Assembly (NCBI GenBank): GCA_021777565.1 | Contig: JAJYDJ010000001.1 | Coordinates: forward strand, 88,431-152,430 | Source: a bacterium | Lineage (GTDB): Bacteria > Patescibacteriota > Microgenomatia > Levybacterales > UBA12049 | Direction of reading: 5' to 3' | DNA length: 64,000 nt | Part shown: piece by piece, positions 9,900-18,213 of the stretch | How positions within the stretch are numbered: the stretch's first letter is position 1 | How the letters are laid out: each line of letters opens with the position of its first letter | Made by a program: the position numbers and the translations under genes | The notes under the pieces: model-generated | Told to the model about the DNA's origin: nothing | The model's database searches: none | What the model saw: only the letters and a program-made list of their open reading frames with translations

Positions 9900-10358
9900 C
9901 TAGCTGAGTCCGACTGCATGGGCCAGAGGGACTTCGTGTCGTGCAAATAGAGCATTTAGGTATTCTTTTAAAGCCAGTATATAAGTCTTTGTAGATTCAG
10001 TAAGATGATGGGTGAGTGATTCATCAAGTGATAAAAATGCAATGGCTTGACCTTCCTCAGCTCCTAACTTAAAGAAATCCTGCTCGTCTTCTGTGATATA
10101 ACTCCAATATACATAAGTTTCTGACTGTTCATTCTTTTTTGCACCAATGTACTGTAGATTCTCTGGCGCATAGTTCACTTCTTCTTGTAGCTCCCGGCGG
10201 ATTGCCTGATCTGGAGATTCACCTTCTTCAATATAACCCCCAGGTAACTGCCATTGATTTGGATCGGCAATAGAAGGGATATTGTCTCTATGAAAGAATA
10301 GAACCTTATTTTGGAATATTATAATGGCTGTGACTACCTTTTTCATAGGGCATGACAT
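9900..10358 (-). CDS. Nudix hydrolase
   Basis: Nudix box 'GGYIEEGESPDQAIRRELQEEV' (GX5EX7REUXEEXGU); ATG at 10358. The ORF-track start 10367 is GTG. Confidence 0.75.
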   Translation of the reverse strand: MSCPMKKVVTAIIIFQNKVLFFHRDNIPSIADPNQWQLPGGYIEEGESPDQAIRRELQEEVNYAPENLQYIGAKKNEQSETYVYWSYITEDEQDFFKLGAEEGQAIAFLSLDESLTHHLTESTKTYILALKEYLNALFARHEVPLAHAVGLS

Positions 10359-10373
10359 ATAATGCACGTGACT

Positions 10374-11360
10374 ATGTGCAATAATCTACGATCTAAAGTT
10401 GAGTTTCTCGCAAGTCTCACACGCTGTCAAGAGTGGAAAGATACAAAGCTCAATTGGTATGTTTTTGCAGCGATCATGTATTTTCTCTCAAGAGGGGTAA
10501 GCCCACTACAACAAAATATAGCCTTTACATATCTAATCGTTCTTTTTTTTATTTATGCTTCCGCAGGAGCAATATCTAATGATTATGGTGATCTAGAACA
10601 GGATAGACTTTTGAAGAAGAAGAAAGCAATTTTGAGCTTAAAAGAGTCCAAAGTAGTTTTGCTCTTACTGATATTATCTGTTGTTTTTGAGATCGTAGTA
10701 CTAAATCTCACTCAAGCATTTGACTTCCGTTTTATACTAATTACCGTTGGCTACGGGATATGCCTTGAATACTCTTTGCCACCGTTGAGGTTTAAAGAGA
10801 GAGGTGTCTGGGGACTTTTGTTTGGTTCTATGGTGCAAAGAGCAATCCCGGTAGCGATACTCTTTACTATCTTCTCATTTTGGACTTTGTCAGGTGTTTT
10901 GTATGTGATATTCCTTATCATGGTTGGATTTCGGGCAATGATAGTCCACCAAATGAAGGATTATGAGAATGACATAAAATCTAGGACAAAAACAATGGCA
11001 ACCAACTCTGGAGTAGAGAGAATGGTAAAGTTGGAAAATGCCTCTTGGATTGTAGAATTATTAACTTTTTTTGTTTTTCTTATTTCTCTTACTCTTCAGA
11101 TGGAGAAATTATTCTTGTTATTCGGGTTTGTTACCTATTTACTAACATGGGGAGGTATTAAGCTGTGGAAGTATTCAATAATTCAGAAACTTAATAAGTT
11201 TAGCATGTCAAATGCTTTTCTAGCAGATTGGTATTACTGGTGGCTCCCAGCGATAGCAGCAGTTGCATTAGGTACGTATACTGGCAATTGGCTAGTACTA
11301 TTTTTTGTTGCTATTATGCAGCGTTTTCACTTTTTTAACCTGATTAAGAAATTTGTATGA
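10374..11360 (+). CDS. UbiA-family aromatic/polyprenyl prenyltransferase (integral membrane)
   Basis: Asp-rich motif 1 'NDYGDLEQD' (NDxxDxxxD) and motif 2 'KDYENDIKS'; 8-9 TM helices. Start at 10362 or 10374 is uncertain. TATAAT overlaps 10358-10363. Confidence 0.65.
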   Translation: MCNNLRSKVEFLASLTRCQEWKDTKLNWYVFAAIMYFLSRGVSPLQQNIAFTYLIVLFFIYASAGAISNDYGDLEQDRLLKKKKAILSLKESKVVLLLLILSVVFEIVVLNLTQAFDFRFILITVGYGICLEYSLPPLRFKERGVWGLLFGSMVQRAIPVAILFTIFSFWTLSGVLYVIFLIMVGFRAMIVHQMKDYENDIKSRTKTMATNSGVERMVKLENASWIVELLTFFVFLISLTLQMEKLFLLFGFVTYLLTWGGIKLWKYSIIQKLNKFSMSNAFLADWYYWWLPAIAAVALGTYTGNWLVLFFVAIMQRFHFFNLIKKFV

Positions 11361-12472
11361 AGATTCTCTATCATGCCATTAATAGTATTGGGGTTGGTCA
11401 TCTAAGTAGGCTTATTGGCGTGGCTGGTGGTATTCGTGAGATTAATCCTGGAGTATCGCAGCTGTTTTTAACTGAAGTCAAAGAGACAAAGTTTCTTAAA
11501 CTGCATAATTTCCCTTACTTCCCGTTGCCTTCCTTTCATGCGGTTCAAAAAGACCAAGAATGGTTAGGGATATTGAAGAGTAAAGAAATGTGGGTGAACA
11601 ATGTTAGCTCTCTCATTCATGCATATAATCCAGATATCATGATCTATGACACGGCAACATGGGCAGAAGTTTCTAATGCAGTGCGCACATGTCAGGTGAA
11701 GCCAAAGGAAGTCTTTATCCTTAGGGCCAGAAGGGATATGAAAAGATATTTTGAAGAGAATCAAGAAATTTTTTCACATTTAGACTTGCTTGTTTTCCCT
11801 CATTCAGAAGATGAATTAAACCCCGCGGAGATACCGCCTTACTTGCGTAAAAAGTACTTTGTGTCTGGAAGCATACTGCGGAGAGATGTCTCAGAAATAA
11901 ATAAAGAGGTGATTGAAGAGAAATATGCAGTAGAGGATGACTCTCAATTTATTATAACTGTGACAAACGGAGGAGGTAATTCATTACAGGAAGATAAAGA
12001 GCATTTCCTTCAGGATGTGCTACAGGCGATTTTTAATTGTGACGACAAGCTTCCTCCAAATTACAAAGTAATTGTTGTCGCTGGACCGCTTCTATTGAAT
12101 ATTACACTTCCTTCAATTCACTTACCACATGGTGAACTCATTATTCGTGAATATGAACCCTTAATGATCGATCTAATGGCGTTATCTAACTTAGTGATTT
12201 GTCGTGGAGGTTACAATACGATTAATGAAGTAATATCAATAAATACGCCAACTATAGCTATCCCTGCAGAGAGACTTTCAGATGACCAATTTAGTAGGGT
12301 AGAAAAAGTTGCTTCAAAGTCTGATAGTATTTTGCCAATAAGAATAGAAATGTTAGAAGATGCCTTGATAAATATTATACCAAAAGCTGTTTCATGGAAG
12401 TTCTGTGTTCCTGAAGTAGATGTGAGAAAGAAAAATAAGCTGAAGCTAGCTGAAAGGATCTTGAGTCTATGA
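11357..12472 (+). CDS. GT-B glycosyltransferase, GT28 C-terminal/PseG-SpsG-like
   Basis: N-terminal 'GVGHLSRL' (GxGHxxR) and C-terminal 'GGYNTINEVISINTPTIAIP' nucleotide-sugar binding region. The start ATG overlaps the UbiA stop. Confidence 0.6.
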   Translation: MKILYHAINSIGVGHLSRLIGVAGGIREINPGVSQLFLTEVKETKFLKLHNFPYFPLPSFHAVQKDQEWLGILKSKEMWVNNVSSLIHAYNPDIMIYDTATWAEVSNAVRTCQVKPKEVFILRARRDMKRYFEENQEIFSHLDLLVFPHSEDELNPAEIPPYLRKKYFVSGSILRRDVSEINKEVIEEKYAVEDDSQFIITVTNGGGNSLQEDKEHFLQDVLQAIFNCDDKLPPNYKVIVVAGPLLLNITLPSIHLPHGELIIREYEPLMIDLMALSNLVICRGGYNTINEVISINTPTIAIPAERLSDDQFSRVEKVASKSDSILPIRIEMLEDALINIIPKAVSWKFCVPEVDVRKKNKLKLAERILSL

Positions 12473-13155
12473 CAGAGCAAGAGCCAGTAGCAATTATTAC
12501 ATGTGGTGGTTTTGCGACACGTATGGGTGGAGAGCCTAAGTATCTTTTGCCTGTAACAGAGTCGGATAGAGTCATTGACCTAGCATTGGACCCAATCACG
12601 CGTCAACCAGAATTAGTAACTAGGCATGTTATTCTCGCTAGTGGGGCTCATAGAGAAGCCGTAGAGGATTATGCAGAAGTGTTGCGAGGCAGACACCCAA
12701 GTATAACTTTTGATATTAGTCATAGTAACCCTGAAGGTCAGTTTCACGCAATTGCACATGCTGCTGAAAAGTATGGAGTAGAAGGCAATGTAATTATCAT
12801 GAATGCAGACGAGATCGTGCCAGGGCTTGATTTAGTGTCAGCGCTGAGGGTGCATACAGACGCTCACCATAGTATTACACGCGTTGTCACAAGGGCAAGC
12901 AATGAAGGGACATCGTCTCTTAATGTTGATGAAGAAGATCGAGCTACGTTTTCTCAAACAAACTTTAGTGTATATGCAACTGGAGTCATTATTATTAGTC
13001 CATATGCAATGCAAATCGCAAAACAGTGTAGGAGTTCCCAGGAGTTTTGGGATATAATGACTACTACGCACCAAATACATGTTATTATCTGTGAAGCATC
13101 CTTGAATGTTAATACACCTGACGATTTAGAGGAAGCACGAAGGCGATTTAGTTGA
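12469..13155 (+). CDS. Nucleotidyltransferase (MobA/IspD-like NTP-transferase domain)
   Basis: 'IITCGGFATRMGGEPKYLLPV' matches GGxxxRMG...K of NTP_transf_3-type enzymes. The start overlaps the upstream stop. Confidence 0.55.
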   Translation: MTEQEPVAIITCGGFATRMGGEPKYLLPVTESDRVIDLALDPITRQPELVTRHVILASGAHREAVEDYAEVLRGRHPSITFDISHSNPEGQFHAIAHAAEKYGVEGNVIIMNADEIVPGLDLVSALRVHTDAHHSITRVVTRASNEGTSSLNVDEEDRATFSQTNFSVYATGVIIISPYAMQIAKQCRSSQEFWDIMTTTHQIHVIICEASLNVNTPDDLEEARRRFS

Positions 13156-13156
13156 T

Positions 13157-13855
13157 ATGAGCGATCTTATAATACCAAAACATCTGGGACTTATTGTTGA
13201 CGGTAATAGACGTTGGGCTAAAGCTCGTAATTTAAGTCCTCTCTATGGTCATGAAGTGGGAATTAGGGATGTGCTCCCTGGTATTATCAATCAGGCACAC
13301 AGGGTTGGAGTAGAGGAGGTTTCAGCTTGGATATTTTCAACAGAGAACTGGGACAGAAGTGATGAAGAGGTAGATCACCTGATGCAGCTTTTTATAAAAT
13401 TCACAGAGAGACTTTTGGATAGAGCAAAAGAGGATAGTATAGAAGTAAAACATGTGGGAAGAAAAGATCGAATTCCATCTCTATTAGTAGAGAGCTTAAT
13501 CAGGCTTGAAAAAGCCACGTTGGGACTTCCTAAAAGGCTCAATCTTTGTATTGATTTTGGTGGCAGGGATGAAATAGCGACAGCTGTTAGAGGCATAGTG
13601 AAAAATTGTGTCTCAGAAGAGAATATAGATGAAGGATTGATAGGTGATTATGTAAATAAATACAACGGTTTTAGGTTTAGTCCGGACCTTATTATTCGCA
13701 CAGGTGGGGCACAGCGTACTAGTGGCTTTATGGTTTGGGAAGCAGCGTATGCAGAGCTTGCTTTTGAAGAAAGTTATTTTCCTGACTTTACGCAGGATCT
13801 TCTAATGAAATGGCTTTCCGAGTACTCTTCGCGTGAAAGAAGATTTGGCAAATAG
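13157..13855 (+). CDS. uppS: Isoprenyl transferase (undecaprenyl-diphosphate synthase family, cis-prenyltransferase)
   Basis: 'HLGLIVDGNRRWA' and 'FSTENWDRSDEEV' UppS signatures. Confidence 0.85.
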   Translation: MSDLIIPKHLGLIVDGNRRWAKARNLSPLYGHEVGIRDVLPGIINQAHRVGVEEVSAWIFSTENWDRSDEEVDHLMQLFIKFTERLLDRAKEDSIEVKHVGRKDRIPSLLVESLIRLEKATLGLPKRLNLCIDFGGRDEIATAVRGIVKNCVSEENIDEGLIGDYVNKYNGFRFSPDLIIRTGGAQRTSGFMVWEAAYAELAFEESYFPDFTQDLLMKWLSEYSSRERRFGK

Positions 13856-13884
13856 ACTATTATCCTGTCTCGACGAGATCATCA

Positions 13885-13920
13885 GCAGGGGCTAGTGAAC
13901 TACGTTGGAAACTTTTATAC
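13885..13920. repeat. Imperfect direct repeat, copy B (gcaggggctagtgAactACgttGgaaac...)
   Basis: Matches 9835-9870. Sits between the uppS operon and the defense/mobile segment. Confidence 0.6.
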
Positions 13921-13947
13921 ACAATATCTCACACTAAATAGTGGACA

Positions 13948-14694
13948 CTAAGGAGTGCTGGTGTTTAGTTCGTTGAATAGTTTGTCCATTTCTGTAACCA
14001 TTTCATTATTTCCTATCTCTTGTGCGTACTTCGATGCTATGCGGATATAGGAAACTATAGCAATGACCAAACCTATTCTTAGTGAGTGCTCAAAATTATC
14101 TTTCCATCGTTTTTTGCTAGAGAATATCTGTGCATCTTCTGATGAGAGGTGGTTCTTCCTGTTTCCTTGTATATATCCTTGAATCAAATCTGCCATCTGT
14201 GTTGTACTAACAATTTTTTCTTTTACCAACTCATCAATCATTCCTTCAACTCCAGTCATAGACCAAGAATTAGCTAGTCGGTCGCTTCTTGTAAAATCTT
14301 TTTTTACGTTCTCAAAGTCATCGATAATTTCTTTCTCAAGGCTGCTATCCATTGCTATACCCAGTTTTTTGAGATATTCAAAGTTGATCCACCTCTCAAC
14401 GTAATAAAATTTGAGAAACTTCATCGCCATATGATCTTTATCCTTGATAACCATGAATTCAATGGAAATCATATCCTCAAATATCCTTCTTGATAAATCG
14501 AGTATTGCATCGCATGAAAGCAAATCATCTTGAAGAAGAGCAATTGAGTGTAGAATAGGATAATTTCTCCTTGCAATTACCATGAGTGTTGCAATGAAGG
14601 GTGGTGTTTTCTCATCAATATCCTCGACTTCCCCAAATTCGTCGGATAAAGAAAGTAATTTGGACAATACTTTTTTTATTTCGTCTGTTCTCAT
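13948..14694 (-). CDS. Hypothetical protein with DUF4145-like 'GNxxxH' motif (possible HEPN-related/Abi-like)
   Basis: 248 aa; 'IQGYIQGNRKNHLS'; located in the AT-rich island. Confidence 0.4.
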   Translation of the reverse strand: MRTDEIKKVLSKLLSLSDEFGEVEDIDEKTPPFIATLMVIARRNYPILHSIALLQDDLLSCDAILDLSRRIFEDMISIEFMVIKDKDHMAMKFLKFYYVERWINFEYLKKLGIAMDSSLEKEIIDDFENVKKDFTRSDRLANSWSMTGVEGMIDELVKEKIVSTTQMADLIQGYIQGNRKNHLSSEDAQIFSSKKRWKDNFEHSLRIGLVIAIVSYIRIASKYAQEIGNNEMVTEMDKLFNELNTSTP

Positions 14695-14757
14695 GAGAAT
14701 AAAATAGCACTTTAATTAAACTCTGTATAGAAAGATGCCCTACGTAGTGTATCTCTA

Positions 14758-15468
14758 TTACCCTATGTTGTCAGGCATCTCATCTTCATATTGCTTTGCA
14801 AGTTCAACATTGTCAATCCAATTAACGGTGAGGTGAATTAGGTCTTTAAGATTATCTAGGTCTTTATCATCCCACTTCCTTACATAGTGCGTCTCATCAT
14901 TTCCTAACCAAGCTGCTCGTCTTGCACATTTCTGAACTTGAGGATCAGCAATGGTGCCAATAACTGTACCAAGAAGGGTACTTTTTATTATTCCAATCTT
15001 TTTTTCTTTTTCAGCTCCATCTATATCAGGGATGAGATAGATCATATAGTCCTTTATGAGAAACTCTAGCGCCTTTCGATATCCTGGACCACATATAAAA
15101 TCGAGATTATTTCCCTCCGCAATTTGCGCTTGATGATATATTTCTTCAAAATCGCTCGAAATTCTATTGATTATTTTACTGAACTTCTCGCGATCTACGA
15201 TTGATAAGATCTCACGGGCATCTAATTCCCATATGTCACCATCGTATACATGATGCCTCGAATAAAATCCAAAGAAATTAAATCCGCACTCATTTCTTGG
15301 ACATTGAAAAACGAGTTGCAACATATTGCTAGTAGCTCTTATAGGAAGACATGCTTTAAAGATTGGTTCAATGCCTTTCTCACACGTAGGACACATATCT
15401 GGAAAACGCTCTATATGTCCTGTTACATGAGATCCATCACTGTCGGTATATTGAACTTTCCTATCCAT
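14758..15468 (-). CDS. Zn-ribbon plus DUF4145-like domain protein
   Basis: N-terminal 'CPTCEKG...CPRNEC'; C-terminal 'YRKALEFLIKDY...AWLGNDETHYVRKW...LIHLTVNWI' resembling DUF4145 (R..lGN..H). Confidence 0.5.
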   Translation of the reverse strand: MDRKVQYTDSDGSHVTGHIERFPDMCPTCEKGIEPIFKACLPIRATSNMLQLVFQCPRNECGFNFFGFYSRHHVYDGDIWELDAREILSIVDREKFSKIINRISSDFEEIYHQAQIAEGNNLDFICGPGYRKALEFLIKDYMIYLIPDIDGAEKEKKIGIIKSTLLGTVIGTIADPQVQKCARRAAWLGNDETHYVRKWDDKDLDNLKDLIHLTVNWIDNVELAKQYEDEMPDNIG

Positions 15469-15564
15469 ATTTCGGCTTCATTGTAGCATAATTCTTCACA
15501 GAACAGTCCAAGTGTGTAAATAAAATATAGTCTTTCATAAATCGTAGTGCTACAATCACCTCAA

Positions 15565-16449
15565 ATGGCAACCACGATAACCCAATCATTCTTAGAATTC
15601 AAAAATAACTTAGAGATAACTGGACTACAAGCAACTACAGTCTCTACAAGGCAAAAAAATGTACAAGATGCGATGCAAGCAAATATGAAAGTAGTAAAGA
15701 CGTTCCTGACGGGATCATATAAACGTCAAACAATGATTGCCCCATTAAATGAGGCAGATATTGATGTATTTGTGGTGCTAGATAATGAGTATTACTATCA
15801 CTACAATAATGGACAGAATGGTGGGCAGGCTGGGTTATTGGATTTAGTTAAAAGGACTTTGCTTCGTACATATACAAGAACTCCAGATATTGCGAGGGAT
15901 GGACAAGCAGTCACTATTCATTTCAGTGATTTTCTGGTTGATGTTGTACCAGGATTTAACAGACATGGAGGTGGATATTTCATTCCTAACTCCATTAAAC
16001 AAGAATGGCTTCGTACAGACCCAACGAAACACATCGAGTTGATCTCTTCTTCAAATATCGCACATGAAAACAAGTTAGTTCCTCTTATAAAGATGATTAA
16101 AGCATGGAATAGGAATACTGGCAGTTTTTTTCGTTCCTTTCATTTGGAAGCATTGGTATTAGAAATTATGCAATTTGTTACTATCACAGACTATCCATCA
16201 GGAGCACGGTACTTCTTTGATAAAGGCAGAACCCTCATTGCTAAGAAAAATCTTGATCCAGCAGGCTATGGTGATGACATTGGTTCATATATAAATAATG
16301 CTGATAAAATCAAAACAGCTGTCACCAAATTTGAAATGGCCTACAATAGGGCTCTAAAAGCTGAGGATTACGCAAGGAGAGGTTATATTTCTGATGCGAT
16401 TGGTCAGTGGAGACTTATCTTTGGAGGTTATTTCCCAACTTATGGCTAA
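15565..16449 (+). CDS. SMODS/CD-NTase-like nucleotidyltransferase (second-messenger synthase candidate)
   Basis: 'GSYKRQTMIAPLNEADIDVFVVL' (GS-x12-DxD), third acidic 'VDVVPGF', Mab21-like 'KAWNRNTGSFFRSFHLEALVLEIM'; TACAAT-N8-ATG start. Confidence 0.65.
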   Translation: MATTITQSFLEFKNNLEITGLQATTVSTRQKNVQDAMQANMKVVKTFLTGSYKRQTMIAPLNEADIDVFVVLDNEYYYHYNNGQNGGQAGLLDLVKRTLLRTYTRTPDIARDGQAVTIHFSDFLVDVVPGFNRHGGGYFIPNSIKQEWLRTDPTKHIELISSSNIAHENKLVPLIKMIKAWNRNTGSFFRSFHLEALVLEIMQFVTITDYPSGARYFFDKGRTLIAKKNLDPAGYGDDIGSYINNADKIKTAVTKFEMAYNRALKAEDYARRGYISDAIGQWRLIFGGYFPTYG

Positions 16450-16993
16450 GAATAAAAAAACAACCGCCACCGAAGTTATCGTTTCAAAGACAAAAGCTGA
16501 AATTATTAAAGAGGCTTTAAGGATTGAAGAGTCAACACGATATGCAGCAAAGAGTCACTATAATGATGGTGCCATGTGGGGATTTTGCCATTTATTGTTG
16601 GGTGTCCCTACAACGGTTCTATCAGCTCTTGTAGCCGTCAAATCTTTTGCACAATTTGATAGTAATCACAATACAGCTGGGATTATTGCATTAGTTGTTG
16701 CAGGGTTAAGTGGACTAATGACTTTTCTTAATCCTAATCAAAAAGCAGCTGTTCACCATAAAGCTGGAAGTGATTATGACTCTTTGAACAATAAAGTTAG
16801 AATCTTTAGAACAATTGATTGCTGGGGCAAAGATGCAGATATTGTTTTAACTGCGAGGTTGAAGGAATTCTCAGAAGAAAAAAGTAAACTACACGCAGAT
16901 AACCCTCAAACATCCTTCATTGGTTATACATTTGCAAAATGGGGCATCAAAAAAGGAGAAGCTGAATTTGTTGTTGATGCTAAAGAGGAATAA
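16442..16993 (+). CDS. Two-transmembrane SLATT-like effector protein
   Basis: The ATG overlaps the SMODS stop by 8 nt; two hydrophobic helices 'WGFCHLLLGVPTTVLSALVAVKSF' and 'AGIIALVVAGLSGLMTFLNP'; about 183 aa. Confidence 0.6.
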   Translation: MAKNKKTTATEVIVSKTKAEIIKEALRIEESTRYAAKSHYNDGAMWGFCHLLLGVPTTVLSALVAVKSFAQFDSNHNTAGIIALVVAGLSGLMTFLNPNQKAAVHHKAGSDYDSLNNKVRIFRTIDCWGKDADIVLTARLKEFSEEKSKLHADNPQTSFIGYTFAKWGIKKGEAEFVVDAKEE

Positions 16994-17160
16994 AATCTCA
17001 CACTTGAGTATAATGGGTATATGCAATCATTAGTTCAAAATGGTATTTGGAACGAAAGGACTTGGAGGAATTCTCTTTGAGACCACAAATGAGCTTTGGC
17101 AGGCATTGAATAACTTTTTGGGAACGTACTTTTATAAAGCTCAGTGGTAGACTAAAACTA

Positions 17161-17589
17161 GTGAATATACATTTGTCACCACAAATCAAAAGTTGGGAAG
17201 AAGTATCAGTTTGCACAGATTTCGTGGCTAAAACACCTAACTATGTGCCAAAACTGCTTCATGCCCTAGAATATTCTTGTACGATCCAAGAGGCATGTCT
17301 GTATGCAGGGGTGCCTCGAAGAACCTTGTATAACCATCTCAAAACAAATCCTGAACTTGTAGAATTAGTCCAAAAAGCAAAGCGCTATCCAATCATACGA
17401 GCAAAATGGCGTATGATGGATATTATTGACCATGGAAATGATCGAGATGCAGGGATGATGATTCGCTGGTTCTTAGAAAGACAACAGCCTGAAGTCTATG
17501 GTAAAAAGGGGAGGATGACAGCATCATACCTAGATGCTTCCGTATCAATTTCAGAAATTCATGAGAATCAATTACCCCTTTTCTCCTGA
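17161..17589 (+). CDS. HTH-domain protein (phage terminase small-subunit-like N-terminus?), non-ATG start or 5'-degraded
   Basis: 'IQEACLYAGVPRRTLYNHLKTNPEL' HTH. The first in-frame ATG is about 85 codons in; the ORF track uses GTG. Confidence 0.35.
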   Translation: MNIHLSPQIKSWEEVSVCTDFVAKTPNYVPKLLHALEYSCTIQEACLYAGVPRRTLYNHLKTNPELVELVQKAKRYPIIRAKWRMMDIIDHGNDRDAGMMIRWFLERQQPEVYGKKGRMTASYLDASVSISEIHENQLPLFS

Positions 17590-17616
17590 TTCAAGAACAC
17601 TTGTAAACTCTATGGA

Positions 17617-18213
17617 TTACTTCTTGGGCGTGGGTGACACAATACCATCATAGACATATCCTGTCGTATTATCCGTCAAATAGGTCTCTACAATGTCTGT
17701 TTCTTGTACTGTGACACCAAACGCGTTTGGTCCAGATTTAATGCCAAGAACCGTGCCCCAGATTGTTATCGAGTCGCCTTTGTTTATTTGCTTGAGTGAC
17801 ATATCTGGATCTAATTCTATATATGCAACAATTCCATTATCACTAACATTCATCCCAGTGGTATTTCCTTTTGAATCTTGAATAAACTCAGAGACTTTTG
17901 CCGTAAACGCAACTGGTTTTGTTTTGTAAAAATTGGGTTGTTTAGCTAAGTCTGCAAGTGTGACATTCTCCATACGTGCCTTGTCTTCATTTGCTTTTGT
18001 TACCCAGTCTGTCGTAGGCTCTGGTGTGGTACTTATTGCCACTGAAGGGGTATCTGTGACTTGTGTGTCTACTTGCTCGGCTTGTGATATATCGCTTGGC
18101 GTAGTAGAGGAATGGATTATACCTACAATCACTCCAGCAACGACAATAACAACACAGATAATCCCAACAAGAGAAAGTCCATCAAAGATAATCTTTGGTT
18201 TTTGATTTGCCAT
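17617..18213 (-). CDS. Membrane-anchored extracytoplasmic protein
   Basis: Strong SD (AAAGGAGGTGAACAT-ATG); N-terminal TM 'IIFDGLSLVGIICVVIVVAGVIVGII' then a Thr/Pro-rich linker. Confidence 0.55.
   Translation of the reverse strand: MANQKPKIIFDGLSLVGIICVVIVVAGVIVGIIHSSTTPSDISQAEQVDTQVTDTPSVAISTTPEPTTDWVTKANEDKARMENVTLADLAKQPNFYKTKPVAFTAKVSEFIQDSKGNTTGMNVSDNGIVAYIELDPDMSLKQINKGDSITIWGTVLGIKSGPNAFGVTVQETDIVETYLTDNTTGYVYDGIVSPTPKK

Noticed and set aside
16394-16441. Upstream extension of the SLATT-like ORF (MRLVSGDLSLEVISQL...)
   Set aside because: The extension lies inside the SMODS coding frame. The internal ATG at 16442 gives the typical 8-nt stop/start overlap, so the shorter coupled start is preferred.
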